Below, in pieces: positions 28,479-40,364 of a stretch of 64,000 nucleotides of DNA. The position numbers were made by a program, and so were the translations under genes. The notes under the pieces were generated by a model. It saw only the letters and a program-made list of their open reading frames with translations, made no database searches and was not told the DNA's origin. The stretch is from Callorhinchus milii (Eukaryota): assembly GCF_018977255.1 (NCBI RefSeq), contig NW_024704742.1, positions 138,696,001 to 138,760,000 on the forward strand. The letters are read 5' to 3'. Each line of letters opens with the position of its first letter. Position 1 is the first letter of the stretch.

Positions 28479-29271
28479 ACAAGCTACAGAATCACTTGTA
28501 CTGTTTGAATTTCTGGGATTAATCTGCACAAAGAAGTTTTGTATGTCTGTCGGGATTGTTTCTGGCAAGGTAGAATGATGTTAATACATAAGAATACATT
28601 AGAATATACAGCACAGAAACAGGCCATTCGGCCCAGCTGGCCTATGCCGTTGTTTATGTTCCACATGAGCCTCCTCCTGTCCTTTCTCAACTAAGCCTTC
28701 AAGTAGAACCTTCTATCCCTTTCTCCCTCATGTACCTCTCGAGCTTTCCCTTAAATACATTTATGCTATTTGCCTCACAACTCCTTGTGGCAGCATGTTC
28801 CACATTCCCACTACTCTGTGTGAAGAAATTTCTTCTAACTTCCCTATTTGATCTATTTGTGACTAATTTTATATTGATGGCCCCTGGTTTTGGTCTCCCC
28901 CACAAGTGGAAACATCTTCCCTATGTCGAACCTAACAAAACCTTTCATCATTTTAAAGACCTCTGTCAGGTCACCCCTTACCCTCCTCTTTTCAAGAGAA
29001 GAGTCCAAGTATGTTCAGCCTTTCCTGATAGGTATAACCTTTCAGTTCTGGGATCATCCTTGTGACTTCCTTATTCCTTATTCCCAAAATATACCACCTC
29101 ACACTTTTCTTTATTGAAATGCATTTGCCATTTAAATGCCCACTCAGCAAGTTTATTAATGTCTTGCTGTAATTTGTTGCCCTCCTCCTCTGTATTAACT
29201 ACTCCCCCAATTTGGTGTAGTCCACAAATTTTGAAATTATTGAATGTTATATTTTCACATCTGCCTTTCAG

Positions 29272-29340
29272 AATGTACTATGCTGCACAGAATGATAGAA
29301 GGACTACAGAGCACCATCCAGAACCAATGTGACGTCAGAG
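29272..29340 (+). CDS. CCDC152: CCDC152 coding exon 3 (ECTMLHRMIEGLQSTIQNQCDVR)
   Basis: TTTCAG acceptor, GAG|GTAAAT donor, 69 nt phase 1-1; resembles human ECATLHNIIKGLQQTI. Confidence 0.92.
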
Positions 29341-30314
29341 GTAAATAAGTTTGAGCATCTTTGATCCAATAGATTCAAAAGGTGATAAAGAGAATGTGTT
29401 TTCTTTAATTTAAGGAATCTGCTTCCTCTTTCTGCTAAGCTTTCCCAGATGTCACAATTTCGCCCACAAAATATACAGTCAATTCACTTTACAATATATT
29501 CTGGGAAACACTCTGAGACGTCTCGAAGATGTGATCAGGCACTATATGAAATGCAAGGATTATTATAAATACACGGTTAATGACTAGGTAACTGCTGTTT
29601 GGGACTGGGATTTCCATTCAGATATCCCTAGTGAATTTCTGGTTCTAGCTTGCACTGCCGCAATATTCAGAAAAAAATGTAAATGAAAGTTTTGTGTTTT
29701 TCTATTTATGTTATAGGTAATTATTCACTATCAGCTTGCTAGTCTTATCATCACTGGCGAAGCTTTTTGCTGTTATACCACATGCTTTGGAACTCTCTTA
29801 AAATGCTTTTGCTTTGCGTCTTCTTTCCCCGACTTCAAAATCCTTTTTGATAATTATAATAATTTTTGCATTTGATATAGCGCCTTATCATGTCTTCGAG
29901 ATGTTTCAAAGTGCTTCACAGTATATGCTGTAAGTTAAATTGACTGTATTTTGTGGATGAATCGTGGCAGCCTATGGTGCACAGCAGCGTCTCACAATCA
30001 ATCGTGGATTGAGTGACAGCATTTTCTTTTTTTGAAGGGGTTATTACCCATGGAAAAACTATCTGCCAAAATCGACTAACAACCGGGTTCTTACTTACTG
30101 CGAGGTAAACAGGCGTGTGGTGTAAGGAAACTTGTCCAACGTTTCAGCCTGCCTGGGAATCAAATCGCTTGCGAGACGAGTGCTCAAGAAACAGTTGGTC
30201 AATTAGACTTTAGTGGTCTCTTCCACTTGTAGTGTTCTTTTGCTCTTTCACAATTATCTGGTGCAAAATATGCCACTTGCGCTCAAACTTCCTCAACTAT
30301 TCTTTCTAACCCAA

Positions 30315-31008
30315 ACCTGTGCCATGACCCACTCTGCCTTCTCCCACCTCCGCAACATCGCCCACAGGCCGCCGAAACACCACAGGACGCCGAAACCTTC
30401 ACACAGGCTTTCATTACATCGAGGCTTGACTATGCAAACTCCTTGCTTGTTGGCCTCCCTAGCTCCTCCCTCCATAGGCTGCAGATCATCCAGAACTAAC
30501 TCTGCAGTCCATGTCCTCTCCCGAACCAGGTGGCCCTATCACCCCCATCCTCGCCCAACTTCACTGGCTCCCCCTCACACAGAGGATACAGTTCAAGATC
30601 CTGGTCCTCACCGTCAAAGCGCTCCATGGTCTTGCTCCCCACTACCTCTGCGACCTCCTAACCCTTACCACCCTGCTCGCTTCCTCCGCTCAGCGGGCTC
30701 TGGCCTGCTTCATATCCCCCACCTCGCTCGTCCCATCATTGGTGGGTGGGCCTTCTGCCACTCTGCCCCCATCCTCTGGAACTCCATCCTGCAGTCCCTC
30801 TACCTTACCCCCTCCCTTACCTCTTTCAAGACCCGTCTCAAGACTCTCCTCTTCGACTGTGCTTTCAATCACCCTGCTTCCCCCCCCCCACCCCCGCCCT
30901 CTACCCTCCCCGACCCCCAGCTCGGGTCCAAAACTCTGACTGTCCAGCGCTTTGGGACGTCCTACTGACGTGAAAGGCGCTATACAAATGTAATGTTGTT
31001 GTTGTTGT
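30315..31008 (+). mobile_element. L2 LINE 3' fragment
   Basis: LHWLPLTQRIQFKIL, LKTLLF, (TTG)n tail. Confidence 0.87.
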
Positions 31009-31389
31009 AGTGGTAAGAGCACTCATCCCACAAGCGAGAGGAACTGGGTTTGATTCCCGGGAAGGGCAAAACATTGGATAAGTTTTCTTACGCCACATGC
31101 CTCTGTTTACTTAGCAGTAAGTAGAAATCCAGTTGCTTGTTGATTGGCGCATCGCTTTTCCAGGAGTAATAATCCCTTCAAAAAAAATAAAAAAATAAAA
31201 AATAATTATTTGGTCATTCAGTCGACGACTGTTTATGGGCCACTGTTGTGCGCAATTGGCTACTGCGTTTCGTCCACAGAATACACAGTCAATTCACTTT
31301 ACAGTACATTCTGTGAAGAGCTTTGAGACATCTAGAAGACGCTTTATCAAATGCAAAGATTATTATATATTATTCCAGTACAATTTTCC

Positions 31390-32420
31390 TGCTGTACACC
31401 ACTGTATACTGGAGGGAAGTATACAGCAGTGTACCCCAGGGCAACTATTAGGACAACTGCGCTTTTTAATCTATATAAATGACCTGGACCTGGGTATAGG
31501 GAGCACAATTTCCAATTTTGCAGATGGTACAAAGCGAGGAAACGTAATAAACAGTGAGGAGGATAGTAGCAGACTGCATGAAGTCTTAGACAGACTGGTA
31601 AAATGGGCAGACAATTGGCAGATGAAATTTAATGCGGAAAAATGCAAAGTGATGCATTTTGTGAGAAAGAATGAGGAGAGGCAATATAAGCTGATGGTAC
31701 AATCTTAAAGGGGGTGAAGGAACAGAGAGACCTGGGGGTCATATAAGTAAATCTTCGAAGGTCGCCGGACAGGTAGATACAGCTGTTTTTAAAAAAAAGC
31801 GTACAGGGTATTAGGCTTTATAAATAGGGGCATAGAATACAAAAGTCAGGAAGTTATGATGAACCTTTAGAAAACACTGCTTGAGCCTCAACTAGAGACT
31901 GTGGTTAGTTCTGGGCCCCACACTTTAGGAAGGATGTCAAGGCATTGGAGAGGGTGCAAAAGAGATTGACCAGGATGGCACCAGGAATGAGGAATTTCAG
32001 TTATGAGGAGAGGCAGAGAAGCGAGGATTGTTCTTGGAACAGAGAAGGTTAAGGGGAGATTTAATAGAGGTGTTCAAAATTATGAGGGGATTTGATAGAG
32101 TGAACAAGGAGAAACTGTTTCCATTAGCAGGTGGGTCAGTAACTAGATGACACAGATTTAAGATAGTTGTCAAAAGAACTAGAGGGGAGATGAGGAGAAT
32201 TTTTTTTCACACAGCGAGTTTTTTGTATCTGGAATGCATTGCCTGGAGCAGATTCAACAACAGCTTTCAAGAGAGGAGTGGATAGATATTTGGGGAGGAC
32301 AAATTTGCAAGGCTATGGAGACAGAGTGGGGAAGGGGGATTAAATTGGGCAGCTCTTTCAAAGAGCCGGCATGGACACGATGGGCTGAACGGCCTCCTTC
32401 TGTACATGATTCTATGATTC
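31390..32420 (+). mobile_element. CR1 LINE 3' fragment
   Basis: [29 protein letters not shown]; ends in (ATTCTATG)-type tail. Confidence 0.9.
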
Positions 32421-34528
32421 AATGCTGGTAAAAATGCATAGATCATTGTTTCTATTAGTCCTATAGTGCTATCTTCTGGAACCTGAGGATATTGCAGCTA
32501 CCCAGAATAGTCTGTTCACGAGCTATTGGCTATATCCTTGCTGGAGAAATCCTGCTTAGGATGTTTTGACATCTGTTGACCTTCTCTCAAACCCTCCTAT
32601 TACTGGCACCGGCACTCCCTGTTCTCCTTCCCAAATTGTAAACCTCAGTTTCCTGCTTTTCTCAGGCCAGTGAAGCTATTTTCTCTGGTTTGTAATGTCA
32701 ACCCCCTCCACCCTTTCTAATAAAGCGCCTATATTGTTTTCAATCCCTGTGTCTCAGGTCTTGTTAGGCGTGCTCGTTCAGAAGATACAAGCATTCTATG
32801 GATAGTGAATCTTGTATACTATGGACCTGTGTGTGTGAGGTGGCAGGGGTGGTACTGCGGAGTCAGGAAGGCAATGGAGGGACGGTTCTCATTGTATACC
32901 AGTAGCATCAGACACTTGGCCTGGCTCTGCTTGGGAAGGCGAGGGGAAGGTTTATTACATTGCGTTATTTGCGGGGCGGGGAGGTGATAAATGCACTGAT
33001 TCCTGAGCTGCTTGATGCCCCCAGACAGGCATTGGGACCTACATGAACGTGCAGGGGGAGTGGGGTAGTGGTACAATTGCCTCTGTCAACTCTCGACTTT
33101 AATCTGCTGTCTGGCCGACGGGTGGATAGGGCAGAGGTCTTTGGGAGCAAGGTTAGGGATTAGTGTAGCTTGGGGCACCGTATTTCAGGAGAGATATATG
33201 GGCCCTAGAAGGGGTGCAGTACAGATTCACTAAAATTATTATAGGCCTTAAGGGTTAAATTATGAAGACAAGTTGGATAAACTTGGTCTGTATTCCCTTG
33301 AGTTTAGAAGGTTGAGGGGTGATCTGTCCTGACTGTCCAGCACCTTGGGAAGTCCTCCCGACATGAAAAGCACTATACAAATGTAAATTGTTACGTAAAA
33401 TGTTAGGTAAGGGTATCAAGGGATAGAATCATACAGTCTTACAGCACAGAAGGAGGCCATTCAGCCCATCGTGCCTGTACTGGCTCTTTGAAAGAGCTAC
33501 CTATTTTAGTCCTGTAGCTCTGTGGTTAGAGCACTCACCTCGCAAGCAAGGGACCTGGGTTCGATTCCCGGCAGGGCGAAACCTTAGGTAAGTTTCCTTA
33601 CTCCACACGCCTGATAATAATCCCTCAAAAAGAATAATAAATTGATCATTTCAATCCATGACTGTTTGTGCGACACTGCTATTCGCAATTGGCTGCCATG
33701 TTTTGCCCACAAATATACAGTCAGTTCACTTTCCAGTATATTCTGTGAAGCGCTTTGAGAAGTCTAGAAGACGTGAAAAAGCGCTATAGTCCTGTAGCTC
33801 AGTGGTTAGAGCACTCGCTTTGCAAGTGAGAGACCTGAGTTCAATTCCAGGCAGAGGGCGAAACCTTGGGCAAGTTTCCTTACTCCACACGCCTAATAAT
33901 AATCCCTCCAAAACCAAAAACAATAATAAATTGGTCATTTTCAATCTACGACTGTTTGTGGGACATTGCTGTGCGCAATTGGCTGCCGCGTTCGCCCACA
34001 AATATACAGTCAATTCACTTTACAGTCTATTCTGTGAAGCGCTTTGGGACGTCCTCCCGACGTGAAAAGCGCTATATCAAATGCAAGGATTATTATTATT
34101 ATTATTATTATTATATCAAATGCAAGGATTATTATTATTACCAACTAGTCCCACTAGCCCACTCTTACCCCATAGCCCTGCAAATGTTTTCTTTTTAAGT
34201 ACATATCCAATTCCCTTATGAAAGCTATTATCAAATCTGCTTCCATCAGCCTTGTCTCCCCTCTGGTTCTTCTGCTGATTATCATAAATCTGTGTCTTCT
34301 GATTATGGGGAAGAAGCAGGAGAGGAGTAACGAATTCCAGTGTGGGAGTGACTTCCATTCCTGAGGCAACAAATTAACTGTAAATTGATAAGAACTTGAT
34401 GGAAACATTTATTTTAAATAGGAACTTTAATTTTGGCTTTGGTGTGAATTGTTTGTTTAAATAATGCTGCAATATGTATACTATTTCATGTTTGGAAAGA
34501 AACGTTTTCATAATATCTATCTTTACAG

Positions 34529-34593
34529 ATGAAAATGAACAATTTAAAAAATGCATCCAGGTGCTGGAACAGAAGATTCAAGTGGCAGAGGAG
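34529..34593 (+). CDS. CCDC152: CCDC152 coding exon 4 (DENEQFKKCIQVLEQKIQVAEE)
   Basis: TTTACAG acceptor, GAG|GTAGAA donor, ENEQ motif, 65 nt restores phase 0. Confidence 0.88.
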
Positions 34594-35049
34594 GTAGAAT
34601 TTTGTAGAGTGTAACTACATTTATACTCTGATAATTAGATCTATTGCTGTGTTGGACAAGTATTCTGGTACGCTACCCTGTGTGAAAGGCACTATATAAA
34701 TACAAATTGTTGTTGTTGTTGATAAAGAGACGGTGTTTCCTAATTGGAGAAGGTAACAAAAAAATGATTGCAGTGATTTGAATTGAAATCTGGGAGAATT
34801 AAGATGCAGGTTGACAACAGTCAAGCGTTAGTATCTCAGAGCTTCTTTGGGGGTACTGTTGGAGTTCAGCCAATTAAAACTATAACATTTACCACAATTG
34901 TGAATACTCTGGTTTTGTCCACAAAATATACAGTCAATTCACTTTACAGTATAACCTGTGAAGCGCTTTGAAGACCTGATACGGCGCTATATCAAATGCA
35001 AGGATTATTATAAATATTATTGTTAATTCTAAATTACTGCTGACCAATT

Positions 35050-38000
35050 GGAAACTGGTTGCATCCAGAGGGTATATAAAGGGGATAGGATAGCTGTGAG
35101 AGCCTTACTCGAGCAGAGAGCCCAGAGTGAGCTACGTCCGGAGTGAGGCGAGGCCAGAGTGAAAAGGAATTGGGTGAGAGTGGGAATTAGGTGCAGAGGG
35201 AGAAGTAGATGCAGGTTATATATCTGAGGGGAAGTAAGAGGAGATAGATAATGGCCTGGCAGGTGATGTGCGAGGAATGTGGTATGTGGGAGTTGATGGA
35301 AGGCAACCTGAGCCCAGGTGACTTCATCTGCAGCAAATGTCTGCAACTGAGCAAGATCCAACTTAGAATAGCTGAGCTGGAGTCTCAGGTGCAGATAACT
35401 GCGCTCCATCAGGGACAGTGAGAGGTTCCTGGACAGCATGGTGGAGGAGACCCTCACTACCCTAGGACTCAGTTATAGCAGTCCATCGCTGTATAGGAGC
35501 TATGAGAGAGGGGTACTGGAGCTATCGGGAGGTCAGAGTTCAAGAAAAGGACCACTCCCAGAGGAGCCCAACACACAGCCACCCTTCATTCATGCTAAAA
35601 GTGATTAGGTGACACTGCGACGGGGCAAGAAGAGGGCTTGTTCAAGGCAGAGCACCCCCAACAGAGTACCAGTCTCTAATTGGTACTCAACATTAGCTAT
35701 CGAGAGCGTAGAAGCCTCTTGTGAGGACAGCAGTGGACATTCTGTCTAACAGGACAAACGCATGGTTCACAAGGACAATACAGTTGTGACAGGGGATTCA
35801 ACAGTAAGAGGCACTGACAGGATCTTCTGTAATCAGAATCGTGAGGCTAGGATGGTTTGCTGCCTTCCTGGTGCAAGGGTAGTGGACTTCACAGAGCACA
35901 TGGACAAGATTCTTCGGGGGGAAGGAGAATATCCAAAAGTCGTGGTCCATTTGGGGACCCACAATATTGGTAAGAAGAGGGCTGAGATGCTCCAGGGCGA
36001 GTATCAAAAGGTGGGGAGCAACTCAAGTCCAGAACATCCAAGGTGGTGATCTCTGGGTTACTCCCGGTACCTCGGGCAACAAGGCACCATAATGAAAGGA
36101 TCAGGCGCATGAACGATTGGCTGGAGAAATGGTCCGGAAAAGAAGGTTTCCGTTTTCTGGGCAATTGGGACCACTACTGGGGGAGGTGGGGTCTTTACCT
36201 TGAGGATGGGCGGCACTTAAGCAAGGCAGGGGTGAGCTACCTTGCCAAGAGAATATCAAATGCTGCAGGGGCGGATTTAAACTGGTGTCGAGGGGGGATG
36301 GGTATCCAATGGATTAGAGATTAGAGGAAAACGACAAGTGGAAAGTGTAGGGCAGGTACAAACGGACAATTTCCTCAAATGCATGTACCTAAATGCACAT
36401 AGCTTAGGGAATAAGGTTGATGAGCTGCAGGTTCAATTGGCTGTAGGGGGTTACGATGTGGCGGCTGTAACCGCGACATGGCTCAGGACAGGAATGGGAG
36501 TTAAATATTCCAGGAAAAAATGTGTTCAGGAAGGATAGAGAAGGAAGAAAAGGAGGAGGAACGAGGCTCTGGAGGGCCCGACAACAGAATCCATCTGGTT
36601 AGAGTTAAGAAATAAGAAAGGAGTGGTTACACTGATGGGGGTTTACTATAGACCACCAGACAGCGGGAAGGAGATAGAGGAGCAGATCTGCAACCAGATC
36701 ACGGATAGATGTAGATAGGCGAACAGAGTTGTGATAATGGGGGATTTCAATTATCCCAATATAGACTGGCAAAATAGTAGCGCTAAGGGCAAGGCAGGAG
36801 AAAGATTCATAGACTGTGTACAGGAAAATTTTCTTGAGCAGTATGCTTCCAATCCTACGAGGAAGGAAGCATTGCTGGATTTAGTTCTGGGGAATGAAAT
36901 AGGTCAGGTTGAACAAATTTCGGTAGGGGAGCATCTAAGTAACAGTGACCACAATATTATTAGATTTAGATTACTCATGAACAGGGACAAAGTACAGTTA
37001 AGGGTGAAAATGCTTGACCGGAAAAGGGTTAATTTTGATGGGCTAAAAAGGGACCTAGAGTTGGTGGACTGGCAAGTAAGACGAGCAGGTAAAATGAGTA
37101 ATGGGAGATCTTCAAAGATATGATAGCTCAAGGTCTAAATAGATATATTCCCATAAAAAGGGAAATGTGCGAGAACCAAGCCGGCCTGGATGACCAGGGA
37201 TATTCCGTCTAGGATGAAAAAGAAGAAGATGGCGTACGACAATTGGAAGACGCAAGACACTGAGGATAGCAAAGCGCATTATAGAGAATGCAGGAGTGAT
37301 CTTAAAAGAGTGATAAGACAGGCTAAAAGATCGCATGAGAAGAGGTTAGCGGGTAACATAAAGGGGAATCCTAAAATATTTTACAAGCACATAAAGGAAA
37401 AAAGGTTAGTTAAAAGTAGGGTGGGGCCAATCAAAGGCAATGACGGCCATCTTGTTGTGGAGGCAGAGGGCGTATCTGATGTACTGAACGAGTACTTTGC
37501 ATCTGTCTTCACAATGGAAACGGGTGCCCCAAATGCCGCAGTATTGGATGACAGGGTAGAGGACATAGATCAGATTACTATAGACAGAGAGGAAGTTCTG
37601 AAAAGATTGACTGGGCTGAAAATTGATAAGTCACCAGGACCAGATGGGTTTCACCCAAGGTTGCTGTGGGAGATACGGGTTCAAATAGCGGAGGCTTTGG
37701 CCATTATATTTCAATCTTCATTGGACACAGGAGTGGTGCCAAGAGACTGGAGAGTGGCTAATGTTACCCCACTCTACAAAAAGGGGCAGAAAGACAAACC
37801 CGGAAATTACAGGCCAGTCAGCCTAACTTCGGTAATAGGAAAACTACTGGAGACCATAATCCGGGACAGAATAAATCTCTACTTAGAGGAACACGAGGTA
37901 ATTAGAGACGGCCAACATGGATTTGTTAAAGGCAAATCTTGCCTAACAAATCTAATAGAATTTTTTGAAGAGGTGACTGCGAGGGTTGATGAGGGAAATG

Positions 38001-38290
38001 CGGTGGATGTTATTTACATGGATTTCAAAAAGGCTTTTGACACAGTACCGCATAAGAGATTAATAAAAAAATTAGAGGCCCACGGTATTAAGGGGACAGT
38101 GGCAGTTTGGATTAGGAACTGACTGAGTGACAGAGAGCAGAGGGTGGTGGTTAATGGGTGTTTCTCGAAATGGAAGGAGGTGTACAGCGGTGTCCCCCAG
38201 GGATCGGTATTGGGACCACTGCTCTTTCTAATATATATTAATGATCTGGACTTGGGCATAGAGAGCACTATTTCCAAGTTTGCAGATCAG
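35050..38290 (+). mobile_element. CR1 LINE with 5' UTR, ORF1 (Cys-rich + SGNH esterase-like) and ORF2 (APE + RT); decayed and 3'-truncated; in a CCDC152 intron
   Basis: GDSTVRG..CCLPGARV..VVVHLGTHN (ORF1); YLNAHSL, MGDFNYP, LDLVL, SDHN (APE); KSPGPDG, YRPVSLTS, QHGF, YMDFKKAFDTVPH (RT); multiple stops and frameshifts. Confidence 0.93.
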
Positions 38291-39219
38291 AGAATCATAG
38301 AATCATAGAATGTTACGGCACAGAAGGAGGCCATTCGGCCCATCGAGTCTGTGCGGCTCTTTGACAGAGCAAGTCACTTTCACTAACCCCAATCACCAGC
38401 TTTCTCCCCATAACCCTGCAAACCCATCTTCCCCAGATACCTATCCAGTTCTCTCTTAAAAGCTGTTATCGAATCGGACTTCATTGCCCTTTTGGGCAGA
38501 TCATTCCAAATTCGAACTACTCGCTGAGTGAAAAAATTTCTTCTAACCTCCCCTCTGCTTGTTTTGGTAGATATCTTAAGACTGTGACCATGAGTCACAG
38601 ACACACCTACCAGCGGAAACAGCTTTTCCCTATCTTGCCTGTCGTGATCTTGAAGACCTCTATCAGGTCCCCGCGTAACCATCTCTGCTCTAATGGGAAA
38701 AGTGGGGGCAGTGGCAGGAGTCGTGGCAGAGGGAGAAGGCGGTGTGGATGGTCTGGGTGGGGTGGAAAGGGACATGGTGGGAGTGGGGAGGATGATTCAG
38801 GCAAGCGGATGTTTTCAATCTTTGAGGAGAAAAAGTCTAGGGCCTCTTTGCACTTGGCGTTTGATGAAAGGATAGAGGGGGCTTGAAGGAGTGCACAAAG
38901 AAGATGCACCCCCTCAAGCCCTCTCTATCTGTGAACAGAGCTCCCCCAGATGGACGGTGGAAAACAGAGTGTTTGGATTGTTGTTTGCCTCCAGCATGAC
39001 TTTGGAGTAGAAGTCAGCTGTGGGCTGTGAAAGGGAGAGCTGGTGGGCGTGGAGGTGCTCGAGCCACAGCTGGTGGTGAATTGTGAGGCTGGATTTCTGC
39101 CACCTACACTAGAGGGTCCGGGATTCTGTTTCTATGAGCCCAATAATATCAATGTGCTCATCCAGGATGAGGTTATGCATAGAGCATAGAGTTATATAAA
39201 TGCAAGTTGGTGTTGTTGA

Positions 39220-39632
39220 GTTCAGAATTTTCTTGTTCGCCTTCAAGCCCCTCCACGGCCTTGCTGCTTCCTACCTCTGTGACGGCTAATGCCCTATCAA
39301 GTTGTCCCCTCCTTCCACTCAGTTGGCTCCAGCCTGCTCCATGTCCCCCACCCAGCCCGCCCCACCATTGGCACTCGGGCCTTCAGCTTCTCTGCCCCCA
39401 CCCTTTGGAATTCCAACCCACAGTCCCTTCGCTTTGCTCCTTCCCTTCCACTTCAAGGCACGTCTCAAGACTCTCCTCTTTGACCACGCTTTCAGTCACC
39501 CTCCTACCCTGGCCTCTCTACCCTCCACACCTCCTGATCCCAACCTCCAGCTCAGGTCCAAATCCCTGACCATCCAGCGCCTTGGGACAGCCTCCCGACA
39601 TGAAAGGTCCTATACTTGTAATCTTGTTGTTG
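39220..39632 (+). mobile_element. L2 3' end abutting a CCDC152 splice acceptor
   Basis: APTLWNS..LKTLLF and TGTAATCTTGTTGTTG tail. Confidence 0.85.
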
Positions 39633-39641
39633 TGGTTAAAG

Positions 39642-39744
39642 GAGAAGAAAAGCTGTGTTGAGATGTTGGTGACAGAGATGAAAACAATGGAACAGAAACA
39701 CAAGGTAGAGCTTGCAGAAATTCAACAGGACATAAGCAGGAAAT
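39642..39744 (+). CDS. CCDC152: CCDC152 coding exon 5 (EKKSCVEMLVTEMKTMEQKHKVELAEIQQDISRK)
   Basis: LV.EMK..E and QD..RK motifs; AAAG acceptor, T|GTACGT donor; 103 nt. Confidence 0.87.
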
Positions 39745-39949
39745 GTACGTACAATAGAAATAAATAGATATTATCACTGTTAACATATTGGAAATGTCAG
39801 TGTATCAAACACAGCAAGCCAGTAATACGCCTATTGTCAAAGTATAGGGATAGTAAATGTCAGTGTATCTCAGAAAGCAGCTAGGAAACATAAATTGATC
39901 TAATTCTAGTATTTGGTATTAAAGATCCTATTGTATTCTTCGAAAAGAG

Positions 39950-40330
39950 GTTACTCCTTTTTGGGTTCAAGCCCCACTTGGAACTCATATTACCCTTTGG
40001 CACTCCGATTTAATGCTTTATTGTTGGAGGTGCCATTCTTCAGAAGAGGACTTTAACAAAGGCGCTATCTGTCTGTTCAAGTGGATGTTAAAGATCTCAT
40101 GCACTATTGGGGGAAAAAGGGAGTTTCTCCCAGTGTCATGGCCAACAGTCCCTGAAATAAAATTGGTCACTCACTCCATGGCTGTTTGTAGGACTTTGCT
40201 GTGTGCAAAGCTGCCATGTTCGCTCACAAAACACACAGTCACTGAACTTTGCAACATATCCTGTAAAGCGCTTGGAAATGTCCTCCGAACATGAAAGGCG
40301 ATATAGAAAATGTGAGGATTATTATTATAA
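39950..40330 (+). mobile_element. Deu-domain (SacSINE1/AmnSINE-like) SINE, old
   Basis: GGAGGTGCC..AGTGGATGTTAAAGATC..GCACTATT..GGAGTTTCTCCCAGTGTC.TGGCCAA core; similar copy at ~620-860(-). Confidence 0.65.
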
Positions 40331-40364
40331 GTTTTCTTTGCTGGCATTGAACTTTTACTTAAAA

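Noticed and set aside
37190..38122. 310-aa reverse transcriptase ORF as an active or domesticated gene
   Set aside because: Fragment of a CR1 ORF2 bounded by frameshifts and stops and truncated at the catalytic FADD region
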